Shown here: positions 9,468 through 18,440 of the stretch, piece by piece
Layout: each line of letters begins with the position of its first letter
Numbering within the stretch: the first letter of the stretch is position 1
Source: an uncultured Candidatus Actinomarina sp.
Lineage (GTDB): Bacteria; Actinomycetota; Acidimicrobiia; Actinomarinales; Actinomarinaceae
Length of the DNA stretch: 64,000 bases
Assembly (NCBI GenBank): GCA_902555055.1
Contig: CACDQN010000001.1
Location: forward strand, 39,820 to 103,819
Reading direction: 5' to 3'
Program-made: the position numbers and the translations under genes
Notes under the pieces: model-generated
Told to the model about the DNA's origin: nothing
What the model saw: the letters and a program-made list of their open reading frames with translations, nothing else
Databases searched by the model: none

Positions 9468-10409
9468 TTAGTCAGAATTTTTCCCACTTTTTCTTCTGTT
9501 TACAACAAGGGTGAACATAGCAACAATTACTATTACGCCTAGTAATCCACTTAATACAGTTGAAATAAAGTTGTTATTTATGGAATTTATTCCATAGTCA
9601 TCTAACAGTAAGACAATGCCATCTGTTTCTTGAAATCCAAAGTTTTCTGCAACGGATTCTAACCCATCAGGAGATGATGAAGCAAAAGGAGTAATTAAGG
9701 TTAGTAATAAAATTAAAACTACAAACAGTCCATACAGGGAAACATTAGTAGTGTCACTATCGTTTCTATCATATGCATAAACTAAGTCAGGCCTAACACG
9801 AACTAAGAGACCAACTATTAGAGCAGTTATAACACCTTCGCCAATTCCTATCAAAAAATGGGTTGATATCATTGCAACCAGAACACTACTTACTGGAATA
9901 GAGATTGTACCTCCAATAGCGTACTCAAGTGTAAAAGCAATAGAAGAGAACACTACAGTTATGATGCCTGATACAACGCTAACACCAATTATTGATGTTT
10001 TATTTTTTCCAATAAATTTTAACCAGTACTTAACAATTACCCAGCCAGTCGAACATGTTACTATCGCCATATTGAGAACATTTACTCCAAGTGCGCTTAA
10101 GCCTCCATCAGCAAAAAGTAAGGATTGAATAATTACGACAACAGATAAGCAAATGAGACCTAGTCTTGGTCCTAATACAATTACTGCTAATGCACCACCC
10201 AGTAGGTGACCACTAGTACCAGCAGCTATGGGAAAGTTAATCATTTGTAGAACAAAAATTAATGCTGACATCATTCCTGTTAATGCAATAAATTTATCAG
10301 CAATTAGTGTTTTTGCTGATCTTATATATGCCCACAAAGTTCCAAAGCTCAACAAACCAGTAGCTGCAGAAACTTGAACATTTATAAATCCGTCAGGTAC
10401 GTGCATCAA
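9468..10409 (-). CDS. cbiM: CbiM/NikM-type ECF transporter substrate-capture component fused to a C-terminal PDGLE domain
   Basis: N-terminus MMHVPDGFIN is the CbiM signature. Several TM helices follow, then SSSPDGLESVAENFGF (PDGLE motif) and a terminal TM. Confidence 0.8.
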   Translation of the reverse strand: MMHVPDGFINVQVSAATGLLSFGTLWAYIRSAKTLIADKFIALTGMMSALIFVLQMINFPIAAGTSGHLLGGALAVIVLGPRLGLICLSVVVIIQSLLFADGGLSALGVNVLNMAIVTCSTGWVIVKYWLKFIGKNKTSIIGVSVVSGIITVVFSSIAFTLEYAIGGTISIPVSSVLVAMISTHFLIGIGEGVITALIVGLLVRVRPDLVYAYDRNDSDTTNVSLYGLFVVLILLLTLITPFASSSPDGLESVAENFGFQETDGIVLLLDDYGINSINNNFISTVLSGLLGVIVIVAMFTLVVNRRKSGKNSD

Positions 10410-10433
10410 TATATTTTATAATAAAATTTTATT

Positions 10434-10452
10434 ATTGCAAACTATTTGCAAT
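10434..10452. promoter_or_regulatory. 8-3-8 perfect palindrome ATTGCAAA-CTA-TTTGCAAT, candidate operator upstream of cbiM
   Basis: Read directly from the sequence. It lies in the 48-nt spacer, 25-43 nt upstream of the cbiM start codon. Confidence 0.3.
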
Positions 10453-10457
10453 AAGAT

Positions 10458-11198
10458 TCAAATTAATTTATTTTGATTTAACCAACTGTGAAGCTCACTT
10501 AATACAAAAGGTCTTGTGTCTTGATTAAGAAGCTCGTGCTTAGAGCCTTGAATTGGAACGTATGTTACATTTTGTAACTTACTTAACTCAAGCGATGATT
10601 CAATTGGAACAATCTTGTCTTCTTCACCATGAAATAAAATGGTTGGAAGTGAGAGATTTTCTATGCTTTTATTAACTAGTTCCTGAGATTTTAAAAGCTC
10701 ATTTCCGTATCTAGCTGTAACTGATCTAAAAACTAAAGGATCTGAAAAATAGTCACTAACTACACTTTTATCAGTTGATAAATTCTTTTTGTTCACAGAT
10801 GATGGAATCCTTAATTTTGGAAAAATATTTGCTATTGATTTAGACAAGGTCTTTATTATCTTTGGATAGTTATCTCCTAATGTTGGAGCTGAGAGTATTA
10901 AAAAATCAGGATTAATTAACTTAGTCAGTATTGAGTGAAGAGCTACTTGTCCACCAACAGAGTGTCCAAAAACAATCTTATTTTCATAATTCTTAATTTT
11001 TGCAAACCCATCTGCAACAGCTTTATCAATTTCCCCCCAAGTTTCTAAATCCCCTTTGACTAAAGCATCTTCTCCGTGTCCTGGTAAGTCAATTAAGTAG
11101 GTGTCAATTCCAAGATTGTTGAACCAGTCAGCATTAATTCTATGCCTTTCCTTGTGTTCAAAAAATCCGTGTATTAATAAGAGTCCAGTTTTATTCAT
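10458..11198 (-). CDS. Alpha/beta hydrolase (lysophospholipase / monoacylglycerol lipase-like)
   Basis: 246 aa. HGFFEH oxyanion region, nucleophile elbow GHSVGG, C-terminal GSKHEL. Confidence 0.85.
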   Translation of the reverse strand: MNKTGLLLIHGFFEHKERHRINADWFNNLGIDTYLIDLPGHGEDALVKGDLETWGEIDKAVADGFAKIKNYENKIVFGHSVGGQVALHSILTKLINPDFLILSAPTLGDNYPKIIKTLSKSIANIFPKLRIPSSVNKKNLSTDKSVVSDYFSDPLVFRSVTARYGNELLKSQELVNKSIENLSLPTILFHGEEDKIVPIESSLELSKLQNVTYVPIQGSKHELLNQDTRPFVLSELHSWLNQNKLI

Positions 11199-11229
11199 AA
11201 TTTTAATTATTTATATACAATGAATACTA

Positions 11230-11949
11230 ATGCATATTGATTATGTCAAAACACCATTTAGCAATAATCCCTCTATGCAGAAATATTCCGGTCCCCTGAT
11301 TGAAGAAAACCCTAGGAAAAAATATTTAGATGAAAAGCTTCTTCAACTTTCATCCCATGGGGATGACCTATATGGAGAGTCTAGAATTTTTACTAAAAAT
11401 AATTTGATTCAACTTGTAAGTAATACATTAGGGTTAGCCCCACAAGAAACATTAAAAGACCTCTCACTTCTAATTGAGGAAGACATTGCAGTTATGCATA
11501 AGGGAAGACTTGAAGCCATAAGTTTCTGCTTTCCAAGCGGCTGGGTTCCCTCCAAGGCTATAGGAGAAGATTTTACTTTTTTACACAATCCAGTTGCAGA
11601 TAATCAGCTTTTAATAAAATCTAGTGAAAAGCTAACAAAATATATGTGCAAAAACACAATTCAGAGATGGGTTTGGAATATCACTACTATTAATGGGCTA
11701 AGTAACCATCCTAAAACTCCGAGACCATTATTGAATAATTTTAACGATCTCTACTTTCGTGTTGAAACACAAATATCCACGCCTCTTGATGATGAAACCA
11801 GCTTGTTTTTGGTTTCAGTAGAAGTGGTTAAGTTAGAAGAAGTTTGGGACGAAAAAATACTAAAAAGCCTTAATTCAATGAGTGAAAGTATTTTGGAATA
11901 TAAACAACTAACTAAAATAAAAGATTATCTAAATAGCTTTATAATTTAA
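11230..11949 (+). CDS. Hypothetical protein (239 aa)
   Basis: Long ORF in a tight gene array. No confident family (a faint resemblance to DUF3445-type proteins is not supported). Confidence 0.6.
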   Translation: MHIDYVKTPFSNNPSMQKYSGPLIEENPRKKYLDEKLLQLSSHGDDLYGESRIFTKNNLIQLVSNTLGLAPQETLKDLSLLIEEDIAVMHKGRLEAISFCFPSGWVPSKAIGEDFTFLHNPVADNQLLIKSSEKLTKYMCKNTIQRWVWNITTINGLSNHPKTPRPLLNNFNDLYFRVETQISTPLDDETSLFLVSVEVVKLEEVWDEKILKSLNSMSESILEYKQLTKIKDYLNSFII

Positions 11950-11955
11950 GTACTT

Positions 11956-12363
11956 ATGAAATACGTATACATAGCTGGACCATTGTTTGACGACCACGAA
12001 AGACAATACTTGGAAGAAATTGCATTAGTTCTTGAAAATAATGAATTTGAGACATTTCTTCCTCATAGAGATGCAGGACTTGTTGAGGGTGAGTTTACTG
12101 ATAAGTTAAGAGAAGATATATTTACAACTGACATTGAAGCACTTGAAAAAGCTGATATAGTAGTCGCATTACTGACAGGACGCGACATTGACTCTGGTAC
12201 AGCTGCCGAAATAGGATATGCATATGCGCATAAAAAAGAATTAATTGGAGTTAGTGCAAATAATATAAAAGTACTAAATACTTTCGTTTGGGGTTTATTT
12301 GATAGTGGAAAAAAGATAGTTAATGACATAAATGAATTAGAGGAGTTTTTAGGTGCAAAATAA
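11956..12363 (+). CDS. Nucleoside 2-deoxyribosyltransferase-like protein
   Basis: 135 aa. YIAGPLF...FLPHRD...D..E...ADIVVALLTGRDIDSGTAAEIGYAYA matches the NDT/Rcl family core. Confidence 0.7.
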   Translation: MKYVYIAGPLFDDHERQYLEEIALVLENNEFETFLPHRDAGLVEGEFTDKLREDIFTTDIEALEKADIVVALLTGRDIDSGTAAEIGYAYAHKKELIGVSANNIKVLNTFVWGLFDSGKKIVNDINELEEFLGAK

Positions 12364-12550
12364 ATATTTAGGTATTTTCATTGTTTTCTTTTTTTCGGGT
12401 ACACTATCAAGTTTGACTTTTAGACTTCTTGATAATTCGGTTTTTAGAAATGCTGAATTTAAAATTCAGGATTGGATTTATGGTAATTTATTAATCTTAT
12501 TGATCTCAGTATTGGTAACTTATATTTGGGTTATTAAAAACAAAACCTAA
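12353..12550 (+). CDS. Small membrane protein (65 aa), hypothetical
   Basis: Two hydrophobic helices. Overlaps the preceding gene's stop by 11 nt. Confidence 0.45.
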   Translation: MQNKYLGIFIVFFFSGTLSSLTFRLLDNSVFRNAEFKIQDWIYGNLLILLISVLVTYIWVIKNKT

Positions 12551-13005
12551 CTTCCATACTTTTCTATAAAGTCATCCAAGTCTTTTTTTGCTTTATCCAC
12601 CTGTTCATTAGATATCTCCTGATCTCCGCTAATTAGACATTCTGAATTATTTTCATAGAGAGTATTGATTGATTTATAAACTTTTAATCGAACTTCTAAA
12701 TAGTTTTTGTATACCTCTTGATAGTTCCAATTTTTTTCTAGATTATCAAAAAAAGAATTTCTATCTTCATCTACAGAATTAGGAGAAATAGCATCTATAT
12801 ATTTATTTAGTTCAAAGCTTGTGTTGAATAGTTCATTGGATAAATCAATATATTCTTTTTCTATTTGCTCACAAAATGTCAAGTCCACCGAAGTGGATGT
12901 CGTTGTTTCTACAGTTTCATTAGATAAACTCACAGAACAAGAGGTAAAAAAAATAAGAATTATTAATAGCTTTTTTTCTTTCATGTTGATAAATTTTAAA
13001 ACCAA
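12547..13005 (-). CDS. Hypothetical lipoprotein
   Basis: 152 aa. Signal peptide plus lipobox (IFFTS-C). Confidence 0.6.
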   Translation of the reverse strand: MVLKFINMKEKKLLIILIFFTSCSVSLSNETVETTTSTSVDLTFCEQIEKEYIDLSNELFNTSFELNKYIDAISPNSVDEDRNSFFDNLEKNWNYQEVYKNYLEVRLKVYKSINTLYENNSECLISGDQEISNEQVDKAKKDLDDFIEKYGS

Positions 13006-13107
13006 TTTTTATAAGTTTAAATTAACAATACTGAAATTAGTAATTAATTTCTATTTTTTAAAATTATAAAGACAATGAAGAAGGTAAAACCTGTTGTTAA
13101 AGTATTG

Positions 13108-13182
13108 TGGGCCTAGTTAGATTTGAACTAACGACCTCATCCTTATCAGGGATGCGCTCTAACCAGGCTGAGCTATAGGCCC
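13108..13182 (-). tRNA. tRNA-Ile (anticodon GAU)
   Basis: Minus strand folds as a cloverleaf: GGGCCTA/TAGGCCC acceptor, GCTC..GAGC D-arm, CATCC-CTGATAA-GGATG anticodon arm, GTTAG-TTCAAAT-CTAAC T-arm. No encoded CCA. Confidence 0.95.
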
Positions 13183-13271
13183 ATATGTCTAATTAACAAT
13201 AGTCTATTGATAGAAATATTTAAATTTTTTTTTCATTTACTCTACAATTCAAGGCATAATATTAAAAGCGA

Positions 13272-13344
13272 GGGGATGTAGCTCAGCTGGAAGAGCACCT
13301 GCTTTGCAAGCAGGGGGTCGTGGGTTCAAGTCCCATCATCTCCA
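13272..13344 (+). tRNA. tRNA-Ala (anticodon UGC)
   Basis: Cloverleaf with CCTGC-TTTGCAA-GCAGG anticodon arm and the G3:U70 alanine identity pair (GGGGATG / CATCTCC). No encoded CCA. Confidence 0.95.
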
Positions 13345-13364
13345 CAACAAGGTAATCTTATATT

Positions 13365-13550
13365 ATGGATAAAAAAGATTTAGAAAATTTATCTGCATCT
13401 GAGCTTTCAGAGCTTAAAGATCAAATTGACGAGGTAATCACAAATCGTAGATATAGAAAGGTTTTGGCATCTACAAACACTAAAGCTGTTACTACAGTCT
13501 GGGTTGTTATTGCTGTTTTAATATCCCTGTATAGATACCTAACTATGTAA
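13365..13550 (+). CDS. Hypothetical tail-anchored small protein (61 aa)
   Basis: Acidic N-terminal helix plus a C-terminal TM. Its stop overlaps the next start (TAATG). Confidence 0.45.
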   Translation: MDKKDLENLSASELSELKDQIDEVITNRRYRKVLASTNTKAVTTVWVVIAVLISLYRYLTM

Positions 13551-13780
13551 TGGAGTACTTAATTGCTTTTACTATTGGTTTACTTATTTTTAGGTTTTTA
13601 AGAAATTCTATATTTTCCTTAGCAAGCATACCACCAGAAATTGACACAGATGATGTTGTAGAAATATCCCAATCATTTTTATGTAATAAATGTGGAACTC
13701 AGTTAACAGTTAATAGACAATCAGTAGTTGTTAACGAACCACCAAAACACTGTAAAGACGAAATGCAACCTCTGGATTGA
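13550..13780 (+). CDS. Hypothetical small membrane protein with a Cys-containing C-terminus (76 aa)
   Basis: N-terminal TM, then CNKCG...HC, a possible zinc-ribbon remnant. Translationally coupled to the preceding ORF. Confidence 0.5.
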   Translation: MEYLIAFTIGLLIFRFLRNSIFSLASIPPEIDTDDVVEISQSFLCNKCGTQLTVNRQSVVVNEPPKHCKDEMQPLD

Positions 13781-13807
13781 CTAAATTGAATTGGGAACTT
13801 ATCTCAG

Positions 13808-14062
13808 TTAGTTATAATTTGTGGTCATTAGGAAACCACCACCTATTAAAGCTAAACCACTCCACAGATACCACTTAGACACTGAACCTGGTAATAAAGT
13901 TAAATAATTTAGAACAATTAATAGAACTCCTATGACCATCATTGCAGTCATTGTTACTACATACCACCTTGGAGAAGGCCCTTTACCTGATGACATTTGA
14001 GTAGAAATATTTTTTGATTGAGTAGGTCTATTATTTTTTGTTCTTTTTTTTGATACTGGCAT
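13808..14062 (-). CDS. crgA: Cell division protein CrgA
   Basis: 84 aa. Basic N-terminus MPVSKKRTKNNR, SPRWYV, then two TM helices. This is the layout and size of actinobacterial CrgA, and it sits near pknB as in other Actinobacteria. Confidence 0.8.
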   Translation of the reverse strand: MPVSKKRTKNNRPTQSKNISTQMSSGKGPSPRWYVVTMTAMMVIGVLLIVLNYLTLLPGSVSKWYLWSGLALIGGGFLMTTNYN

Positions 14063-14081
14063 AATTTACAACTTAATATTA

Positions 14082-14912
14082 TTAAGAATTTATTTCAACA
14101 AGATTATTTTTCTTAATAGTAATTAATCCATCCTTTTCTAATGTAGTGGTTGCTTTTAAAAGCTTTTCTCTATCAACTGCAAGCGCCTTCTCTATCTTTT
14201 TTAAAGATAATTTGTTATTACTTAATAATAATTTTAATAAATCTCCACGCAGCTCTCTATTTGAACCAGAAAATGCTTCTTGAGGCCTCTTTATTTTTAC
14301 TATATATTTTTTACAATTATTTTCGAGAACACAAGAGCTACATAACGGATTTTTACTTTTACAAACCATACTGCCAAAATCCATAATTGCTTGATTTAAA
14401 TCTCTAGAGGAAACTCTGTCTAGAAGTGTTTTCTTATTGTTATGTATAAAAGTCTTCACTTCGTCTACTCCAAAATACCTTGAAAACACCCTGTCAACAT
14501 TTACATCTCTAGTTATAACTTTTTTATGATAAGCAAAAGATAATATTGCGTTATTTGTATACGGGCCCACTCCTGGGAGCACTTCAAAGTTTGGATACAA
14601 TTCATCAAATCCAGTTTCACATAGTATTTTAGAAGATTCATAGAGTCTCTTGGCACGATTATTGTACCCAAGACCAGACCATAGAATTAATACTTTTTTG
14701 AGTGAAGAAGAAGCCATGGTCTCTGGATTTGGAAACTCCTTGATGAATAATTTGAAGTAGGTATCTGCTCTATCTAATTGTGTCTGTTGAGATATTGTTT
14801 CCAAAAGAAGAATTTTCCAAGGATCGTTGGTTTCTCTCCAGGAGTAGTCACGTTTGTTATTCTTATACCAATTTAAAAGATCTCTTTTAAATTTCTTTGT
14901 TTTAATCTCCAA
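14082..14912 (-). CDS. HhH-GPD base-excision glycosylase, MutY-like (A/G-specific adenine glycosylase) without a NUDIX-type C-terminal domain
   Basis: LLETISQQTQ, HhH-GPD loop LPGVGPYTNNAI, catalytic-Asp region RDVNVDRV, 4Fe-4S loop C-x6-C-x2-C-x5-C (CKSKNPLCSSCVLENNC). The last ~60 aa look like a winged helix rather than a MutT-like domain. Confidence 0.8.
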   Translation of the reverse strand: MEIKTKKFKRDLLNWYKNNKRDYSWRETNDPWKILLLETISQQTQLDRADTYFKLFIKEFPNPETMASSSLKKVLILWSGLGYNNRAKRLYESSKILCETGFDELYPNFEVLPGVGPYTNNAILSFAYHKKVITRDVNVDRVFSRYFGVDEVKTFIHNNKKTLLDRVSSRDLNQAIMDFGSMVCKSKNPLCSSCVLENNCKKYIVKIKRPQEAFSGSNRELRGDLLKLLLSNNKLSLKKIEKALAVDREKLLKATTTLEKDGLITIKKNNLVEINS

Positions 14913-16671
14913 AACTCAACTCAACAAAACCTTCAGGGTCTATAAACGCACCTTCCTGAGGGGACTGTTCACTGACTCTACCTCCAGTATCTCCACTAGC
15001 TGATGGGAGAAGACCAATATCTTGAAGAATATTTGAGGCTTCTTGGTATGTAAATCCAATCAGGTTAGGAACTTCAACTTTAAAACCGAGTGAAACAATT
15101 ACTTTTATTATTTGATCATTAGTCACCAGCTCACCAGCTCTAGGTATAGTGTGCGAAACAAGTCCAACTGATACATTTTCCGAATACTCTTCAACAAACT
15201 CATACTCAAACCCAAGAGTTTCAAGAATTTGTATCGCATCTACAAGTGACTTTCTCGAAAGGTCACTTATTTCAATTAAGCTTGGTCCCGCAGAAATAAC
15301 AAGATCTACAGTTGAGTCTGGTCCCATTTTTGTTCCTGCAACTGGATTTTGGGAAATAATAAAACCTCGAGGAATATTGTCATCATTAATTTCCAACTGT
15401 TGTCCAACAACAAATCCACTTTCTTGTATAACATAAACACCTCTTGCAATTTCTAAATCAACTACATAAGGTATTGGAAAAGCTTCGGGTCCAACAGAAA
15501 CAATAATGGTTACAAGAGTGTCAGGATTAGTAATAGTATTTGCAGTAGGCTGCGTACTGATGACAAATCCTGCTGGAACGGATGAATCAGCAGAGTTCTC
15601 TATCCCTACAATAAATCCTAATTCTTGAAGGTCATTAAGAGCTTGTGCCTGTTCACTACCAGTTAAATCAGGAATTTCTACTAAAGACGGTGCACCCCCA
15701 TCGACAGGCAAACCTTCGAATATATTTGAAAGAGTCCAAACAGTTCCAAACACTAACATTATGGAAATCACCAATGCAGGTAGAGTAAACCTGAATTTTA
15801 TTTTAGGGTTTGTTAAATCAACCAGGTTTTCTTGAGTTTGATTAATCTGTATTTGTTTTCTTTGCTGAAGAAGCAAAGCTCTCAAATCTTCTGCAGATTT
15901 GAATCGATCATAGGGCCTCTTTTCAAGGAGTTTTAATACAGCATTTTCAAGCCCTTTTGGAATATCTTTTCTATATGTTGAGAGTTTTTCCGGTTTGTCA
16001 GTTAAATGTTTTGTTGCTGTTGCAATTGGTGAATCACCAGAAAAAGGAGGTTTACCTGTAATCAACTCATAGAGAACTGTACCTAGGGAATATAAGTCTG
16101 ATTCAAAGGATACAGCCTTTCCTTGAGCCTGCTCAGGAGAAATATAGCTTGCAGTACCAAGAACAGCTCCAGTTTTAGTAATGTCACTCTCTTCATTTTG
16201 TAAGGAAACAATGCCAAAATCAGTAACTTTTACTTTTCCACTTGGTGTAATCATTATGTTGCCAGGTTTTATATCTCTGTGAACTAAGCCATGCTTATGC
16301 GCCTCTTTAAGCCCACTAGCTACTTGAGAACCTATATACAATATGTCGTTTAACCCCACAGTTCTGTTACTTGAAATAATAGATGTTAAAGTATTGCCTT
16401 CGATATATTCCATAACGAAATAAGGCTCGTCTTCAATTCCCCAATCAAAAATTTGAACAATATTAGGGTGGTTTAAATTCGCAGCGGTTTGCGCTTCTCT
16501 TCTGAACCTATCAACAAATTTTTCCTGACTTACATAATTCGGCTTAAGGGTTTTTATTGCTACAGTTCTTTGAAGCTGCCTATCTTTTGCTTTATAAACA
16601 AAAGCCATACCACCTTCTCCGAGGATTTCCTCGATTTCGTAACGGTCTTTTATAATTTGTCCTATTTTCAT
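14902..16671 (-). CDS. pknB: Ser/Thr protein kinase with extracellular PASTA repeats (PknB)
   Basis: Hanks kinase motifs (GEGGMAFVYKA, HRDIKPGN, DFG, SPEQ), one TM (LPALVISIMLVFGTVW), then about four PASTA-like repeats (for example VPNLIGFTYQEASNILQDIGL). Confidence 0.92.
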   Translation of the reverse strand: MKIGQIIKDRYEIEEILGEGGMAFVYKAKDRQLQRTVAIKTLKPNYVSQEKFVDRFRREAQTAANLNHPNIVQIFDWGIEDEPYFVMEYIEGNTLTSIISSNRTVGLNDILYIGSQVASGLKEAHKHGLVHRDIKPGNIMITPSGKVKVTDFGIVSLQNEESDITKTGAVLGTASYISPEQAQGKAVSFESDLYSLGTVLYELITGKPPFSGDSPIATATKHLTDKPEKLSTYRKDIPKGLENAVLKLLEKRPYDRFKSAEDLRALLLQQRKQIQINQTQENLVDLTNPKIKFRFTLPALVISIMLVFGTVWTLSNIFEGLPVDGGAPSLVEIPDLTGSEQAQALNDLQELGFIVGIENSADSSVPAGFVISTQPTANTITNPDTLVTIIVSVGPEAFPIPYVVDLEIARGVYVIQESGFVVGQQLEINDDNIPRGFIISQNPVAGTKMGPDSTVDLVISAGPSLIEISDLSRKSLVDAIQILETLGFEYEFVEEYSENVSVGLVSHTIPRAGELVTNDQIIKVIVSLGFKVEVPNLIGFTYQEASNILQDIGLLPSASGDTGGRVSEQSPQEGAFIDPEGFVELSFGD

Positions 16672-16673
16672 AA

Positions 16674-17327
16674 CTAAATCACATTTATTATTATTGCTGA
16701 AATATTGTCTTTTGGGTTCTGTAGTAAAACTTCTCCAACTAAAGATTCTGCATTTATTCCATCTAAGAGTTTATTCTTTAAATACTCATCTCCAACTTCG
16801 TTGTAAATCCCATCTGTGCAAAGAAACACGACATCTCCAGAACTTAATTGGAAATCTTTATTCTGAATTGTTAATTTTTCTTTTGATCCTAGAGCTTGTG
16901 TAAGAACATTCTGATAACCTGGTACATTTTCATCTTCAGTCAGCTGGATCAAGTTTCTACTCGACAAAACATAACATCTACTATCTCCCACATGGGCTAA
17001 CGATAGAGTTCCATCTTGACTGATTTCAACAACAGTCATTGTGGTCCCCATTCCTTTAGCATCATCATTGCTTGATTGGTATTCTAAAATATCTCTATTT
17101 GCAGTTTTTACATAATCTGTGATGCTGTCAAAATCTTTATACATCGTTTTAGATGCAAGATCACTTGCAACTTCCCCCTTTTTATGACCGCCCATTCCAT
17201 CAAAAACCCCAGCTTTAACCGATGTTCTGGAAGAACCCGACTCTAAAGGAAATATAGAATCCTCATTCTTTTTTCTTACTGGTCCACACTCACTTTTAAC
17301 AGTCCAGATAAATTTATACTTTTTCAT
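16674..17327 (-). CDS. PP2C-family Ser/Thr phosphatase (soluble, no TM anchor)
   Basis: 217 aa. RKKNEDS, VFDGMGGH, GMGTT, LCTDG motifs. 3 nt upstream of pknB. Confidence 0.88.
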   Translation of the reverse strand: MKKYKFIWTVKSECGPVRKKNEDSIFPLESGSSRTSVKAGVFDGMGGHKKGEVASDLASKTMYKDFDSITDYVKTANRDILEYQSSNDDAKGMGTTMTVVEISQDGTLSLAHVGDSRCYVLSSRNLIQLTEDENVPGYQNVLTQALGSKEKLTIQNKDFQLSSGDVVFLCTDGIYNEVGDEYLKNKLLDGINAESLVGEVLLQNPKDNISAIIINVI

Positions 17328-17453
17328 TCCTCAATAATCATAGTTGTGAAATGTATTAGTTTTCCTAGACTTAATAAAGAACTAAAATACACAGCGAAAG
17401 TTAAAAAACCAGTGAGACAATATGTTTATTAAGAAATACAAGCTTTACAGTTT

Positions 17454-18437
17454 ATGAAAAGTAGCATAATTAAAAATTTTGGAATAGGTGTTGTATTAGC
17501 TGTTGTTTTATACACTGCCACATTTTATTTTCAAGAGTTCAATAGAGCCAATGAATTTAATGAATTTTTAGAAGATGCCTCAACTATTTCAGAGTTGCAC
17601 AGTACAAATGCAGTTAATTTTAGAGAAATATTAGATTTCTCTGAAGTTGATAGAGAAAGTTTTGAGAGGTTGCTTGGTCAAATACAGTCTAATTCTCAAG
17701 AATCCTATCAATTATTGCAAAATAGCAATATTGATTTTACTTCTAAGGAGAAGCAGTTTTTGGAGATTGCTACAAGTAGTTGGCTTGATGGGGTCGAGCT
17801 TTTTCAGGCTTCAATTACGACACTGATAGACAATCCAAGTACATTAAAAATTGAAGAGTCAATTGCGCAGAGCATTGTTAGTTTATCAATTGGTGATAAA
17901 GCATATGCAGAGTTTTTATTCTTAATAAAGCAGAATGCATCATTAGATGGAACTTTTTTGCCAAATTTCTACCAAATTGAATATATTGGACTTGAGGACA
18001 ATTCGTATAAGTTTGCTGACCTTCTTGTAGATAAAGCTAAGTCAAGTTCGGGAGGTTTATTTCTCCAAAAAAACCTAGCAATTACTGGCACAGAATTTAC
18101 ACCAATGCCTATTACTTTCACCGAAGATGGAGCAGCAGTACTTCTAGACGAACCAACATCACTTCAAGTTGTCATTTCAAATGAAGGTAATGTAGAAATA
18201 TATGATGTAGTTGTTCTGGTACTGGTTACAGATGAGTATGGAGATACTGTGTATGAGTTCCAAACAAAAATTAACTCTATTGGACCTAAAGAAAGTAAAA
18301 TTTTTCTATCCGATACCATTAATATAGAAAAAGGTGTTGTACACGAATGGTTTGTAAAAATTGAAGAAATTGAAAAAGAAGAAGAGCTCACAGATAATTT
18401 ATTATCTGTTTTTAGTTTCATTCCACCCGAAAGTTAA
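17454..18437 (+). CDS. Hypothetical membrane-anchored protein with a CARDB-like C-terminal beta-sandwich (tentative)
   Basis: 327 aa. N-terminal TM. C-terminus VVISNEGNVEIYDVVVLVLVTDEYGDTVYEFQTKINSIGPKESKIF resembles CARDB-type domains. Confidence 0.6.
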   Translation: MKSSIIKNFGIGVVLAVVLYTATFYFQEFNRANEFNEFLEDASTISELHSTNAVNFREILDFSEVDRESFERLLGQIQSNSQESYQLLQNSNIDFTSKEKQFLEIATSSWLDGVELFQASITTLIDNPSTLKIEESIAQSIVSLSIGDKAYAEFLFLIKQNASLDGTFLPNFYQIEYIGLEDNSYKFADLLVDKAKSSSGGLFLQKNLAITGTEFTPMPITFTEDGAAVLLDEPTSLQVVISNEGNVEIYDVVVLVLVTDEYGDTVYEFQTKINSIGPKESKIFLSDTINIEKGVVHEWFVKIEEIEKEEELTDNLLSVFSFIPPES

Positions 18438-18440
18438 TCA

